Shown here: positions 9,169-20,380 of the stretch, piece after piece
How the letters are laid out: each line of letters starts with the position of its first letter
How positions within the stretch are numbered: the first letter of the stretch is position 1
Source of the DNA: a virus
Taxonomy: Duplodnaviria > Caudoviricetes
Length of the DNA stretch: 64,000 nt
Strand: one strand, 5' to 3'
Virus record (IMG/VR): IMGVR_UViG_3300025121_000014
Coordinates: 64,001 to 128,000 of that record
The notes under the pieces: model-generated
Database searches by the model: none
Told to the model about the DNA's origin: nothing
The model's input: only the letters and a program-made list of their open reading frames with translations
Made by a program: the position numbers and the translations under genes

Positions 9169-12100
9169 ATGGCTGTATTATTAAATAATAATATTTCAAC
9201 TAATCAAAATGAAATAGTTTTAAAACATAATAGGGGAGTTGAATTAAGTGGGGGTACTGATGTAGTCACTTGGTCTTCTATTGAAACTGGTTGGGTATTT
9301 AAACAAGAAACAGAAGCCAATAGACCTACTTATAATGATACAGAAAAAGCAATTGAATTTAATGTTGATATTACACAATATTTGAGAGCTAATAAATCAT
9401 TTGATTATTCACAAAATTTTATATTCGATGGATATATAAAACTAAAACAAACTGGTTATACTATGGTATTCATATGGCAATATGATGATCCATATACAAA
9501 TAATTATATTGATTTACTTTATTTTTCACTTGGTTATTTTAAAGTAGGTGTATTAGGACAAGTAGTAAGATATCAACAAGCATTCGCTATTATACCAGAT
9601 TATTGGTATCATATATTAATTCAATATGATAGTGTTTCGTATACATTATTTGTAGATGGAAAATTTTATGCTTGTTATGAACTTGCACCTAGTGGTTATG
9701 CAACTGAAATGCCATTGGAAATTGGTAGAAGTAGCACCCCTTCACAAAGACCTGATTGTTATATTAGTCAAATATCTATAAAGAACGGATATAAAGATAT
9801 ATTTAGTGGTTGGAATGGTTCATCTCTAAATTATTCTGGTGGTGAACAAGTATTTACACCACCTCTAAGAATGGGAACAATTGTACCTATATTAGATTTA
9901 AAATCAGAACTTTATAAAAATCAAAATATTTTATATACAACTGGAAATTATGTTTACCAATGGAAAGATGAAGATGATAATATGGCGCTTCAACACGAAA
10001 TTGGTTATCAACCAATATATAATTTAACAAATGGATTAACATTTGATGGTGTAAATGATTTTATGTCAATTACACATAATGATAATTTTAATTTAGGTAC
10101 AAATGATTTTACTATAATTACTAAATTTTATATTAAATCATCTGCAAAATTAGATTATATATCATTATTAAGTAAAAAATTAAATAATAATAATTTAGGT
10201 TGGTATTTATATTTTAGAAATCAAAATGATGTAGATAGATATAAATTAGGTTTCGGTTATAGTGGGGAAACATATACAGATATTTTATCTTCTGAATTAG
10301 CTTATCTTGATACTTGGCACGAAGTATTAGTACAAGGGGATTCATTATATTTATCAATATTTGTTAATGGTTATTATGCAGGTAATATAAATAGAGAAAA
10401 AATATATGATTCTACTACTAATTTATTAATCGGAAAACACGATAGTACAAATGTAAGATTATTAAATGGTTATATTGATGAAATATCAATATTTCCATAT
10501 TATAGATACGATATTAGTGGTTTAACAGAAGGTGATTTTGTTTATGAACCATCATTAAGACAAAGTGCAGTAGCACCACCACCTAATTCAATAACATTTA
10601 TAACTAATAAATTCGGTAATTTTGAACCAGTCATTACTACAAATGATGCAAGTATAGGTACTTGGCAAGTTTTTGGTGTTGGAACACAAACATCTAATAA
10701 TCCATCATTTACATTAAATGGTGTGGATAGAACAGTATCTTTAACTATTGCAGATTATACAAGATTAACAAGTATTATTTGGGATGATGAAGCAATTAAA
10801 GGAACATTAGATATTTCTTATTTAACTGCTTTACAAGATACTATAAAATTAAATGATAACCCAACATTATCTACTATAATTTGGCCTACACTTTCACAAA
10901 ATATTACTACATTTTGGTTAAATGGTTGTGCTTTTGAAGAATTAAATTTAAGCAGTTTAACCACAATTAGAGGTGATTTAAGACTATGTAATAACCCAGA
11001 CTTATCTTCTATCACATTACCTCCAATAACAGCGTCAGTGATACGATTTGACCTTGATAACTGTAATTTCACTACTATTAACATAGGTAATTTACAAAAT
11101 TTAAGTGGAATACTTCAAATTCACGAAAATAATAATTTAGTTGGTATAACATTACCTTCAAGTTCTAATTTATTCTCTTTATTTAGTGCATATAATTGTA
11201 ATTTTACATCATTAAATTTAAGTAATTTAACAAATTTAGGAGGACAATTATTATTATCTGGTAATACAAGTTTATCGACTTTAACAATGCCTACTTATAG
11301 TGCAGTATTTACTGAAATTGATTTATCATATACAAGTTTAGGTGTAATTTCATGGGAAAATTTTACAGCAGATAATAGTAATATATTAATTAAAGTTAAT
11401 GATTGTTCATTAACACAAGATGAAGTTAATGAAACATTAGTAAAATTAGATACAGAAGGTTGGACTGGTGGAACATTATACATTGATGGAAACAATGCAG
11501 GACCTGATGTTGTTAGTGGTGGATTTGATGGAGTAGCTGCTAAAATTAGTTTAAGTGGAAAATCTTGGAATATTTATATAAATCCTGATAGAATACTTTT
11601 TGAATTTACAACAAATAAAACTGGTTCTATTACACCAGAAATACAAACTACATCTGATACTAGTAATTGGTATTTAAATGATGAATATTATCAAACAAAT
11701 AGTCCATCATTTACAGGATTAACTGGTGTTGAATTAGATGGTATAATGGAATTAGATGATTATAGTGTAGTTACTTATATTGATGTTAATAGTGATGATT
11801 TAATAAATCAATTAGATTTTTCTTTATTAACAAATACATCACAATATCGTTTTTATAGTAATAGTAATTTAACTGGTGTTACTTTTCCAATAACAAACAC
11901 TACTATAACTTATTTATATGGTTATTCTTGTAATTTAACTGGAACTTTAGATTTATCTACATTAACTGGATTAGGTGGTGATATTAAACTATATTCAAAT
12001 CCAAATTTAACTGAAATAATAAATCCTGTTAGTTCAGGATTAATTACATTCTATTATGCATATTCATGTAATTTAACTGGAACTTTAGATTTATCAGGAT

Positions 12101-15100
12101 TAACTGGATTAGGTGGAAGCTTTAGCGTTTATTTAAATGCTAATCTAACTGAAATTATAAATCCAGTAAGTTCAAAAACTTTTACAATATATTATGCATT
12201 TTCATGCAATTTAACTGGAACATTAGATTTATCTGGATTAACTGGATTAGGGGGTAATTTTAGAGTTTATTCAAATGCTAATCTAACTGAAATTATTAAT
12301 CCAGTAAGTAATAGACTAATAACTTACTACTATGCATTTTCATGCAATTTAACTGGAACTTTAGATTTATCAGGATTAACTGGATTAGGTGGTCAATTAT
12401 CTGTACGTTCGAACCCAAACTTAACTCAAATAATTAATCCAGTAAGTTCAAAAACTTTTACAATATATTCTGCCTATTCTTGCAATTTAACTGGAACTTT
12501 AGATTTATCAGGTCTAACTGGATTAGGTGGGAGTTTTTATGCATATAGTAATCCCAATTTAACTGATATTATTTTTCCATATACTGAAAATTCATTTACA
12601 AGTATAATGGCATATTCTTGTAATTTAGGATTATTAAATTGGGAAGTATTAGCAACAGGTGATACAAGTAATTATGTAGATATACAGTTACAAGACAATA
12701 ATATGACTACTACTGAAGTAAATGGTAATTTAGCTAAATTAAATGAAACTGGTTGGTTAAGTGGAATTTGTTATATTGATGGAACAAATGCTGGTATTGA
12801 TACTATATCTGGTGGTTTTAATGGTGTTCAAGCAAAAATAGATTTAGAAGAAAAAGGTTGGACTGTTTATACTAATGCCGAAATACCTACATTAATTCTA
12901 TATACTACAAAAACCGGAACATATTCACCATATATAACAACAGGTACTACTAATACTGCAACTTGGTTCTTACAAGGATATAATTCACAAATAACTAATA
13001 ACCCATCATTTACTGGTTTAACTGGACAATTTTTATATTCAGCCATACAAATATCTGATTTTAGTTATATTACTGGTTTAACAGCAAATAATCAAAACAT
13101 ATCAGGAACTTTAGATTTATCATTATTAACAAATTTATCATTATTTGATTTCGGTAATAATAATCAATTAAATAGAGTAATATATCCAAATGATACACAA
13201 CAAATTACTTTATTTGATTTTAGTTATTGTAATTTATATGGTGATTTAGATATTAGTAGTAATACAACAGGTATTATAAATTTAAGTGGTTTAACTGGAT
13301 TAAGTGGAGATATAAGATTTATATCTAATAATAATGTAATTGATATTATTTTTCCTGTATCATCAGAATTAATAACAAATCTAAATTTAAGTCAATGTGA
13401 TTTTACAAATTTAAATTTATCTAATTTATCTAATTTAAGTGGTGATATAAACTTATTTGGAAATGAATCATTAAGTGGATTAACATTACCTTCTACTACA
13501 CAAACTATAACATCAATTGATTTATCATATTGTGATTTAGGTATTATAAATTGGGAAATATTATCAAGCGGTTCAACTAATGATGATATTATTATTAGTA
13601 TGCAAAATAATAATATGTTATCAGAAGAAGTAAATGAAACATTAACAAAATTAGACATTTTAGAATGGTCTGGTGGAACATTAAATTTAGGTGGAAATAA
13701 TAATCCTATTGATTCTTTCTCTGGTGGTTATGATGGAATAATAGCATATAATAATTTATTAACTAAAAATTGGACAATAACTGTAAATACAGTATTATCT
13801 TTTACTACAAATAAAGTAGGTACATTTAGTCCATCTATTGTTATAAGTGGTTCAAGTATATCTACTTGGGGTTTAAGTGGTTATACATCACAAACAGGTT
13901 CAACAGCATCATTTACTGGTTTAACTGGCGATGAATTAAATGGATCATTATATATTAATGCATTTCCAACTATAACAGAAATAGATTTATATAATGAAAA
14001 TATAATAAATACATTAGATATAATTAAATTAACAGATACTACAATATTTAATTTATCATTTAATTCTGGTTTAACAAATATAAATAATCCTTCTAATAAT
14101 CAATCAATTGAAATATATTATGCTAATGATTGTAATTTAGAAATTTTAGATTTAAGTTCATTAATAAAATTAGGAGGTGATGTAAGATTACATAATAATT
14201 ATACTTTAAGTGGTATTACATTTCCTTCAAGTTCAGAAGCATTTACTAATTTACATCTTGATAATTGTGATTTCAGATTATTAGATTTAAGTAATTTAAC
14301 AGGATTGGGTGGTTCTGTTATATTAACAGGTAATACTAATTTAACAGGTGTTACATTTCCTAGTTCAAGTGAAGCATTTACATATTTATATTTAAATGAT
14401 GTTGATATAAATAGTACATTATTTTTAAATGATTTAAATGGATTAGCAGGTGATATTAGATTACAAAATAATAGTAATATGACTGCTGTTATTTTCCCTG
14501 AAAGTTCTGGTGTTACTACAAATTTATATATTGATAATTGTGATTTAACAGGATTATTATATTTAGATGGAATGACAGGATTAGCAGGTGATATTAGATT
14601 ATATAATAATTTAAATTTAACAGAAATTATATTCCCTATAAGTTCTAGTGTTATTACAAATTTATATGCTTATAGTTGTGATTTAACAGGAACATTAGAT
14701 TTAAGTACTATGACAGGATTAGGTGGTCTCATTAGATTCAATAATAATATTAACTTAAATAGTGTTATATTCCCTATATCAAATGAAACAACACAAAACC
14801 TATATGCTTATGGTTGTGATTTAACTGGAAATATAGATTTAAGTACAATGACAGGATTAGGTGGTGCTGTATATTTTCATAACAATACTAATTTAACAGG
14901 TATTACTTTTCCTACATCAAGCCAGTCTTTATCTTTATTATCTTTATATAATTGTAATTTAACAGGAACAATAGATTTAAGTGGATTAACAGGCTTACTG
15001 AGTGCATTTAGATGTTATAATAATCCATTATTAACAGATATTAATTTACCAGTAGTAACTGCGGCATTTACAACATTTGATGCATATTCTTGTGATTTAG

Positions 15101-18100
15101 GTGTAATTCAATGGTATAGATTATCTGGTGGAACATCAAATAATATAAATATCCAGTTACAAGATAATAATATGATTAGTGCAGAAGTAAATGAAAATTT
15201 ATATTTACTTGATCAAACAGGTTGGTTAAATGGTACTTGTACTATTAATGGCAATAATGAAGGTGCTGATACAAATTCAGGAGGATTTAATGGATTAGCA
15301 GCAAGGGATAATTTAGTAGCAAAAGGTTGGACAATAACAATTAATGCACCAAATGAAAGTGAAATTTTAACAATGACTTGGAATGTACCTTCTGGAACAT
15401 CAGTATCTATTCCTCAATTAAATGGGTATAATTATGATTATTATATTGATTGGGGTGACGGTAGTTCAGAAGAACATATAACAACATATGATGGCACAAG
15501 CCATAATTATACAGAAAGTGGTTTAACAGAAATTAAAATAGTAGGTACATGTGAAACATTATATTTTAATAATATTGCTACTGAAAGAACTTATGTTTCA
15601 GGTATTACACATTGGGGAAATACTCAGTTAAAAATAGTTAATTTTTATGGATGTAGTAATTTAGCAACATTACCAAGTGGTACAACAGAAGAAGCTAAAT
15701 TAACAGAAGTTACAACATTTACTAATTTATTTAGAGATTGTTATGCATTAACAGAAATACCTAATTTAATATTTAGTGGATGTACAATACCAACTGATTT
15801 TTCATATTTAATAAGAAATTCTGCTATTTCATCATTACCAAGTGGATTACTTGATGATTGTGTATCAGCTACTAATTTTTATTATGCATTAAGTAATAGT
15901 AGTTTAACTACTATTCTTAGTGGATTATTTGATAATTGCCCATTAATTAATAACGTTGCTAGTTTATTTCACGATGGTTCATCATTTACAACAATACCAT
16001 CTGGATTATTTGATAATTGTCCATTAATTACTAATTTTAGTTTTACTTTTTATAATACAGCAATAGATTGGATTCCTTCTGGTTTATTTGATAATAATCC
16101 ATTGGTTACAACTTTTTATAATACTTTTACTAGTTGTAATGCTTTAACGGGTATTACAGAAGGATTATTTAATAATAATGTTAATGTTCAAAGTTTTGGA
16201 TCTACATTTTATGGAAATATTGGCATATTGAGTATTCCTGATGGATTATTTGATTATTGTACAGGTGTTACTACTTTTGCATCAACATTTCAAAGTTGTG
16301 GAGGTTTAACAAATATCCCTTCTGGATTATTTGATAATTGCCCATTAGTTAATACTTTTGATTCTACTTTTTATTATGCAAATGGTATAACATCAATACC
16401 TACTAATTTATTTGATAATAATCCATTAGTTACAACTTTTGTGGCTACTTTCTTTTATTTACCATTAACATCAATTCCAACTGGATTATTTAATAATAAT
16501 CCTTTAGTAGAAAATTTTGGATCTACATTTTATGAATGTCCATTAACATCAATTCCAAGTGGGTTATTTGATAATTGTTCTGGTGTTACAACTTTTGCTG
16601 CAACATTTTATGGAACTAATATATCAATAATACCAACAGACTTATTTAATAGTCAAACAGGTGTTACTACTTTTGAATCAACATTTCAAGATTCAAATTT
16701 ATTGACTACTATACCATCAGATTTATTTGATACAAATTTAAATGTTGATACTTTTTATAGAACATTTTACTCTTGTGCAATTGTTTCTGGTGATGCTCCT
16801 GATTTATGGATAACACATTCAGGTGCAACTGGAACAGAATGTTTTGCAACTGATATAGAATTATATAATTATGAATTTATACCTACTGATTGGGGTGGAT
16901 TAGGTTATGAAGTAGCAGTATCATATACAACAAATGCACCAAGTACATTTACACCAAGTGTAACTTCTATTCAGACAGTGAATTGGAGTTTAAGTGGATT
17001 TAGTGACCAATTAACAAATAATGCAAATTTCACAGGATTATCTGGTGCAACTTTATATGGTGAATTATCGAATTCTAATATAACTGGAATTACTACAATT
17101 GATATGGCTGATGAATATTTAGTTGGAAATGTTAATTTAGTTGGTTTAACAAATGTTACTGATTTTGTGTTTTATGGAAATAGTGAATTAACAGGATTAA
17201 CATTTCCATCTACTAATGTAGTTATTACTAATATTCAATTATCTGGTTGTTCTCTTGGTGTATTAAATTGGGAAGATTTATCAGGTCAAACTTGTGATGA
17301 TATTATTATTAATATGGATGATAATAATATGACAACAGCCGAAGTAAATGAAACATTAGTATTATTAGATCAAACGACTTGGACTGGTGGTACAATTAGT
17401 TTAAGTGGTGCTAATGATGGTTATGATTCAGGTACAGGTGGTTTTGATGGTACTACTGCAATAGCTAATTTATTAGGAAAAGGTTGGAATGCAACTATAA
17501 ATCTAGCACATGTTGTAGAAATGGGTTATTGGAATGATGATGGTTTTTGGGTTGATACAAGTCCTTGGTTAGATGATACTTACGATCTTATTGAAGAATA
17601 TAGAACAGTATATAATTCAATGACAACTAAACCTAGTGAATCAGTTACATTAGCACAAAATACATTAGTTGAAAGTTTAGTAAATGCTGGGGTTTGGGAT
17701 AAATTAGATGTATTTTATAATTTTGCAAATGAAATTAATACTGCAGGTGAAGCACAAATAAATTGGAAAACTCCAGGTACACGTAACGCTACTTTGGTTA
17801 ATTCACCAATATTTACATCATTAGCAGGGTTTTCGACAAATGGTAGTAGTTCTTATATAAACACTAATTATACACCTAGTACACATCGTGTAAATTATTC
17901 ATTAAATAGTGCTTCTATGTTTGTATATCCTACAACAGTAACAGAACCATTAACACAATCTATGTATGATATTGGTGTGTTAGGAGGACCATCATCTGGG
18001 TATATTTCGGCTAATTTTTATAGTGATAATATGGCCAGGGTTGAATTAAATACAAACGTAGATTGGACTGTTTCTTCATCACAGTATACAGGATTTTTTG

Positions 18101-18348
18101 TTCTTAATAGAACTGCTTCAAACTCAACAACATTATATAGAAACAAAACATCATTAGGTTCAACTTCAGCCGCTTCAGCAGATTATCCTGCTACAACATT
18201 GTATGTGGGGTGTTTGCACCATTATTTTTCTGGTGCAACAAGTTTTGCTAGAAAAAGATATGCATTTGCTGGTGCAGGAGCTAGTTTATCCGTTGATGAA
18301 ATAACAGTTTTAACAGATGCTTGTAATACATATTTATCATCTACATAA
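9169..18348 (+). CDS. Giant multidomain adhesin/receptor-binding-like protein (3059 aa): 2x LamG-like, 5 capped LRR modules, PKD-like plus BspA-like LRR, C-terminal beta domain
   Basis: GLTFDGVNDF...DFTIITKFY...GYIDEI (LamG); five caps LG.(I/L).W...EVNE.L..LD..W..G...KGW; YYIDWGDG (PKD-like); IPSGLFDNCPLVTTF repeats. Confidence 0.7.
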   Translation: MAVLLNNNISTNQNEIVLKHNRGVELSGGTDVVTWSSIETGWVFKQETEANRPTYNDTEKAIEFNVDITQYLRANKSFDYSQNFIFDGYIKLKQTGYTMVFIWQYDDPYTNNYIDLLYFSLGYFKVGVLGQVVRYQQAFAIIPDYWYHILIQYDSVSYTLFVDGKFYACYELAPSGYATEMPLEIGRSSTPSQRPDCYISQISIKNGYKDIFSGWNGSSLNYSGGEQVFTPPLRMGTIVPILDLKSELYKNQNILYTTGNYVYQWKDEDDNMALQHEIGYQPIYNLTNGLTFDGVNDFMSITHNDNFNLGTNDFTIITKFYIKSSAKLDYISLLSKKLNNNNLGWYLYFRNQNDVDRYKLGFGYSGETYTDILSSELAYLDTWHEVLVQGDSLYLSIFVNGYYAGNINREKIYDSTTNLLIGKHDSTNVRLLNGYIDEISIFPYYRYDISGLTEGDFVYEPSLRQSAVAPPPNSITFITNKFGNFEPVITTNDASIGTWQVFGVGTQTSNNPSFTLNGVDRTVSLTIADYTRLTSIIWDDEAIKGTLDISYLTALQDTIKLNDNPTLSTIIWPTLSQNITTFWLNGCAFEELNLSSLTTIRGDLRLCNNPDLSSITLPPITASVIRFDLDNCNFTTINIGNLQNLSGILQIHENNNLVGITLPSSSNLFSLFSAYNCNFTSLNLSNLTNLGGQLLLSGNTSLSTLTMPTYSAVFTEIDLSYTSLGVISWENFTADNSNILIKVNDCSLTQDEVNETLVKLDTEGWTGGTLYIDGNNAGPDVVSGGFDGVAAKISLSGKSWNIYINPDRILFEFTTNKTGSITPEIQTTSDTSNWYLNDEYYQTNSPSFTGLTGVELDGIMELDDYSVVTYIDVNSDDLINQLDFSLLTNTSQYRFYSNSNLTGVTFPITNTTITYLYGYSCNLTGTLDLSTLTGLGGDIKLYSNPNLTEIINPVSSGLITFYYAYSCNLTGTLDLSGLTGLGGSFSVYLNANLTEIINPVSSKTFTIYYAFSCNLTGTLDLSGLTGLGGNFRVYSNANLTEIINPVSNRLITYYYAFSCNLTGTLDLSGLTGLGGQLSVRSNPNLTQIINPVSSKTFTIYSAYSCNLTGTLDLSGLTGLGGSFYAYSNPNLTDIIFPYTENSFTSIMAYSCNLGLLNWEVLATGDTSNYVDIQLQDNNMTTTEVNGNLAKLNETGWLSGICYIDGTNAGIDTISGGFNGVQAKIDLEEKGWTVYTNAEIPTLILYTTKTGTYSPYITTGTTNTATWFLQGYNSQITNNPSFTGLTGQFLYSAIQISDFSYITGLTANNQNISGTLDLSLLTNLSLFDFGNNNQLNRVIYPNDTQQITLFDFSYCNLYGDLDISSNTTGIINLSGLTGLSGDIRFISNNNVIDIIFPVSSELITNLNLSQCDFTNLNLSNLSNLSGDINLFGNESLSGLTLPSTTQTITSIDLSYCDLGIINWEILSSGSTNDDIIISMQNNNMLSEEVNETLTKLDILEWSGGTLNLGGNNNPIDSFSGGYDGIIAYNNLLTKNWTITVNTVLSFTTNKVGTFSPSIVISGSSISTWGLSGYTSQTGSTASFTGLTGDELNGSLYINAFPTITEIDLYNENIINTLDIIKLTDTTIFNLSFNSGLTNINNPSNNQSIEIYYANDCNLEILDLSSLIKLGGDVRLHNNYTLSGITFPSSSEAFTNLHLDNCDFRLLDLSNLTGLGGSVILTGNTNLTGVTFPSSSEAFTYLYLNDVDINSTLFLNDLNGLAGDIRLQNNSNMTAVIFPESSGVTTNLYIDNCDLTGLLYLDGMTGLAGDIRLYNNLNLTEIIFPISSSVITNLYAYSCDLTGTLDLSTMTGLGGLIRFNNNINLNSVIFPISNETTQNLYAYGCDLTGNIDLSTMTGLGGAVYFHNNTNLTGITFPTSSQSLSLLSLYNCNLTGTIDLSGLTGLLSAFRCYNNPLLTDINLPVVTAAFTTFDAYSCDLGVIQWYRLSGGTSNNINIQLQDNNMISAEVNENLYLLDQTGWLNGTCTINGNNEGADTNSGGFNGLAARDNLVAKGWTITINAPNESEILTMTWNVPSGTSVSIPQLNGYNYDYYIDWGDGSSEEHITTYDGTSHNYTESGLTEIKIVGTCETLYFNNIATERTYVSGITHWGNTQLKIVNFYGCSNLATLPSGTTEEAKLTEVTTFTNLFRDCYALTEIPNLIFSGCTIPTDFSYLIRNSAISSLPSGLLDDCVSATNFYYALSNSSLTTILSGLFDNCPLINNVASLFHDGSSFTTIPSGLFDNCPLITNFSFTFYNTAIDWIPSGLFDNNPLVTTFYNTFTSCNALTGITEGLFNNNVNVQSFGSTFYGNIGILSIPDGLFDYCTGVTTFASTFQSCGGLTNIPSGLFDNCPLVNTFDSTFYYANGITSIPTNLFDNNPLVTTFVATFFYLPLTSIPTGLFNNNPLVENFGSTFYECPLTSIPSGLFDNCSGVTTFAATFYGTNISIIPTDLFNSQTGVTTFESTFQDSNLLTTIPSDLFDTNLNVDTFYRTFYSCAIVSGDAPDLWITHSGATGTECFATDIELYNYEFIPTDWGGLGYEVAVSYTTNAPSTFTPSVTSIQTVNWSLSGFSDQLTNNANFTGLSGATLYGELSNSNITGITTIDMADEYLVGNVNLVGLTNVTDFVFYGNSELTGLTFPSTNVVITNIQLSGCSLGVLNWEDLSGQTCDDIIINMDDNNMTTAEVNETLVLLDQTTWTGGTISLSGANDGYDSGTGGFDGTTAIANLLGKGWNATINLAHVVEMGYWNDDGFWVDTSPWLDDTYDLIEEYRTVYNSMTTKPSESVTLAQNTLVESLVNAGVWDKLDVFYNFANEINTAGEAQINWKTPGTRNATLVNSPIFTSLAGFSTNGSSSYINTNYTPSTHRVNYSLNSASMFVYPTTVTEPLTQSMYDIGVLGGPSSGYISANFYSDNMARVELNTNVDWTVSSSQYTGFFVLNRTASNSTTLYRNKTSLGSTSAASADYPATTLYVGCLHHYFSGATSFARKRYAFAGAGASLSVDEITVLTDACNTYLSST
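11926..12615 (+). repeat. Five tandem 138-nt (46-aa) LRR units
   Basis: SCNLTGTLDLS(G/T)LTGLGG units start at 11926, 12064, 12202, 12340 and 12478, with high DNA identity. Confidence 0.9.
15740..16790 (+). repeat. BspA-like LRR array (about 26-27 aa units)
   Basis: Repeated ...T.IP(S/T)(G/D/N)LF(D/N)N(C/N)PL(V/I)..F..TF.. pattern. Confidence 0.8.
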
Positions 18349-18369
18349 TAAAAAAATAAATTTTAAAAA

Positions 18370-18579
18370 ATGATAATATTAGACGAAACACAAAAAGATC
18401 AAGTGAAAGGTAATTATGGACAATGGAAAGCATTAGATCCAATTGAAATACAGGGTAATTTGTGGATATTACCTGAAGAAGTTTTAGAAGATAATGATTA
18501 TTCAAGTATATTTGAAATATTAAATTATTGTGAACAAAGAGAAGTATTAGAAAGTGAACTAATCATATATAATATTTAA
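18370..18579 (+). CDS. Small acidic protein, possible fibre-tip partner or chaperone (69 aa)
   Basis: Track ORF directly after the 3059-aa gene, A-rich start, no separate promoter motif seen. Confidence 0.5.
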   Translation: MIILDETQKDQVKGNYGQWKALDPIEIQGNLWILPEEVLEDNDYSSIFEILNYCEQREVLESELIIYNI

Positions 18580-18582
18580 ATT

Positions 18583-18592
18583 TAATATATAA
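18583..18592 (+). promoter_or_regulatory. Candidate late promoter motif
   Basis: TAATATATAA, 18 nt before ATG 18611. Confidence 0.55.
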
Positions 18593-18610
18593 ATAAAATA
18601 TAAATAGACA

Positions 18611-20302
18611 ATGGCAAAAATAGATCAATTTACGAATGGTGAAGGTGGATTAAGTGTAAGAACTAAATTAAACGAAGCTATGAAAACAGTAGAAGTTACT
18701 AGTGGATATTTCACTGGTGATGGTACTGTAGCTACACCTCTTGTTGGTCATTGGTCGGGTGATACTACAAGTATTACATATACAGGATATTTACAATTAT
18801 CAGGTGTTTCAGCACCAAGCCCTATTGTTGGTAGATTATATTCTGGTGTTGATGGACATTTATATTATTCTTCTGGTAGTACTTTTATTCAAATTGATAA
18901 TCCTGGTGTTGATTGGGGTAATGTTAGTAGTGATATAATACCAGATACAACAAGTACTTATACAATAGGTTCTACTACTAAATTATTTTCAATAGTTTAT
19001 ACACCCAAAATAAAATATGAGTCTACGGGAACATTAATACAAGCTTTTGGATCTAATAATTATTTCATTGGAAGAGGAGGAAATGAAACTCTAACAGGTA
19101 CCGATAATATAGTAATAGGTTATTATGCAGGAAATAATTTAACATTAGCAACTCATAATATAGTAATAGGTTATTATGCTGGAAATGATATTACAGAAGC
19201 AGATAATAATATTCTTATTGGTAGACTTGCAGGTGATATTATTAATACAGGTGGTGATAATGTTATAATAGGTGCATATGCTGGTAGAAAATTAACAACC
19301 GATATTGGTGCTGTAATGGTAGGTCATGAAGCTGGTTCATATGCTTCAGGAAGAAATGATTTTTTTGGGTATCAATCTGGAAAAGGTGTAGATGGTCAAA
19401 GTACAGGTTCTAATAATGCTTCTTTTGGTTATAGATCATTATTAAATTTTACTACTGGTGTTCAAAATGCTGCGTTTGGTGGATATTCATTATCTAGTAT
19501 TACAACAGGGAATTATAATACTGCAATTGGATATCAAACATCGTACTTATTATCAGGTGGATCCTATAATACACTACTTGGTTATAAAGCTGGGTATGAA
19601 TCATTAGTAGGATCTAATAATATATTTATAGGTGCAAATGCAGGTTATAATGAAACAGGAACAAATAAATTATACATACATGCACAAAGTACATCTTCTT
19701 CTGATTCAAATACATCATTAATTTATGGTGAATTTGATAATTTATTTATTAAAATAAATGGTCATTTAAAATTAAAAGCAATTTCCGAGCCAACAGCAGA
19801 AAATGGTTTATTATATGTAAATTCTACTGATTCACATTTATATTATTCATCTGGAACTACTTATATTAAATTATCTGATAATATTATAAATTCTGATAAC
19901 TTATCTAATTTACAAGAAGGTGATATGTTATCTTATGATTCTACTACTGGTAAATTTATTAATGTAGCTGCAGAAGAATATGATGAATTAATTAGAATAT
20001 CACAAACAAATATATCAGGTAATACTCAGTTAAATGATTATGTATCAGCAGGTTATGCTATTGATTTTTGTGTTATTAAAGAAACATCTGGAAATTCAGC
20101 AGGAAATGTTTCATTAGGATTAGTTCAAACTGGTTCAACAGAAATAATTGATAATTTTTCTGTTACTGCAAATTATAATGGAGAAATCCCATTAGGTCAA
20201 TTATATTTTAGTGATACAGTTAATACTGACTTATACATTAGTTCTGATAATTGGGGTACAGGTAAAATTAATATTTACCTATTATTAAAAAGAATAATAT
20301 AA
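18611..20302 (+). CDS. Fibre protein with Gly/Asn beta-roll repeats and module Y (563 aa)
   Basis: MAKIDQF.NGEGGLSVRTK N-terminus shared with 22930; N..IGY.AG repeats; NKLYI...LIYGEFD; two HLYYSSG motifs. Confidence 0.7.
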   Translation: MAKIDQFTNGEGGLSVRTKLNEAMKTVEVTSGYFTGDGTVATPLVGHWSGDTTSITYTGYLQLSGVSAPSPIVGRLYSGVDGHLYYSSGSTFIQIDNPGVDWGNVSSDIIPDTTSTYTIGSTTKLFSIVYTPKIKYESTGTLIQAFGSNNYFIGRGGNETLTGTDNIVIGYYAGNNLTLATHNIVIGYYAGNDITEADNNILIGRLAGDIINTGGDNVIIGAYAGRKLTTDIGAVMVGHEAGSYASGRNDFFGYQSGKGVDGQSTGSNNASFGYRSLLNFTTGVQNAAFGGYSLSSITTGNYNTAIGYQTSYLLSGGSYNTLLGYKAGYESLVGSNNIFIGANAGYNETGTNKLYIHAQSTSSSDSNTSLIYGEFDNLFIKINGHLKLKAISEPTAENGLLYVNSTDSHLYYSSGTTYIKLSDNIINSDNLSNLQEGDMLSYDSTTGKFINVAAEEYDELIRISQTNISGNTQLNDYVSAGYAIDFCVIKETSGNSAGNVSLGLVQTGSTEIIDNFSVTANYNGEIPLGQLYFSDTVNTDLYISSDNWGTGKINIYLLLKRII

Positions 20303-20350
20303 TAACAACCCTATTATTAAAGCAGTGTTTAAAATATATCTTATGATATT

Positions 20351-20360
20351 TTATATATAA
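20351..20360 (+). promoter_or_regulatory. Candidate late promoter motif
   Basis: TTATATATAA, 20 nt before ATG 20381. Confidence 0.55.
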
Positions 20361-20380
20361 TTAAAAAAATATAATTAAGA

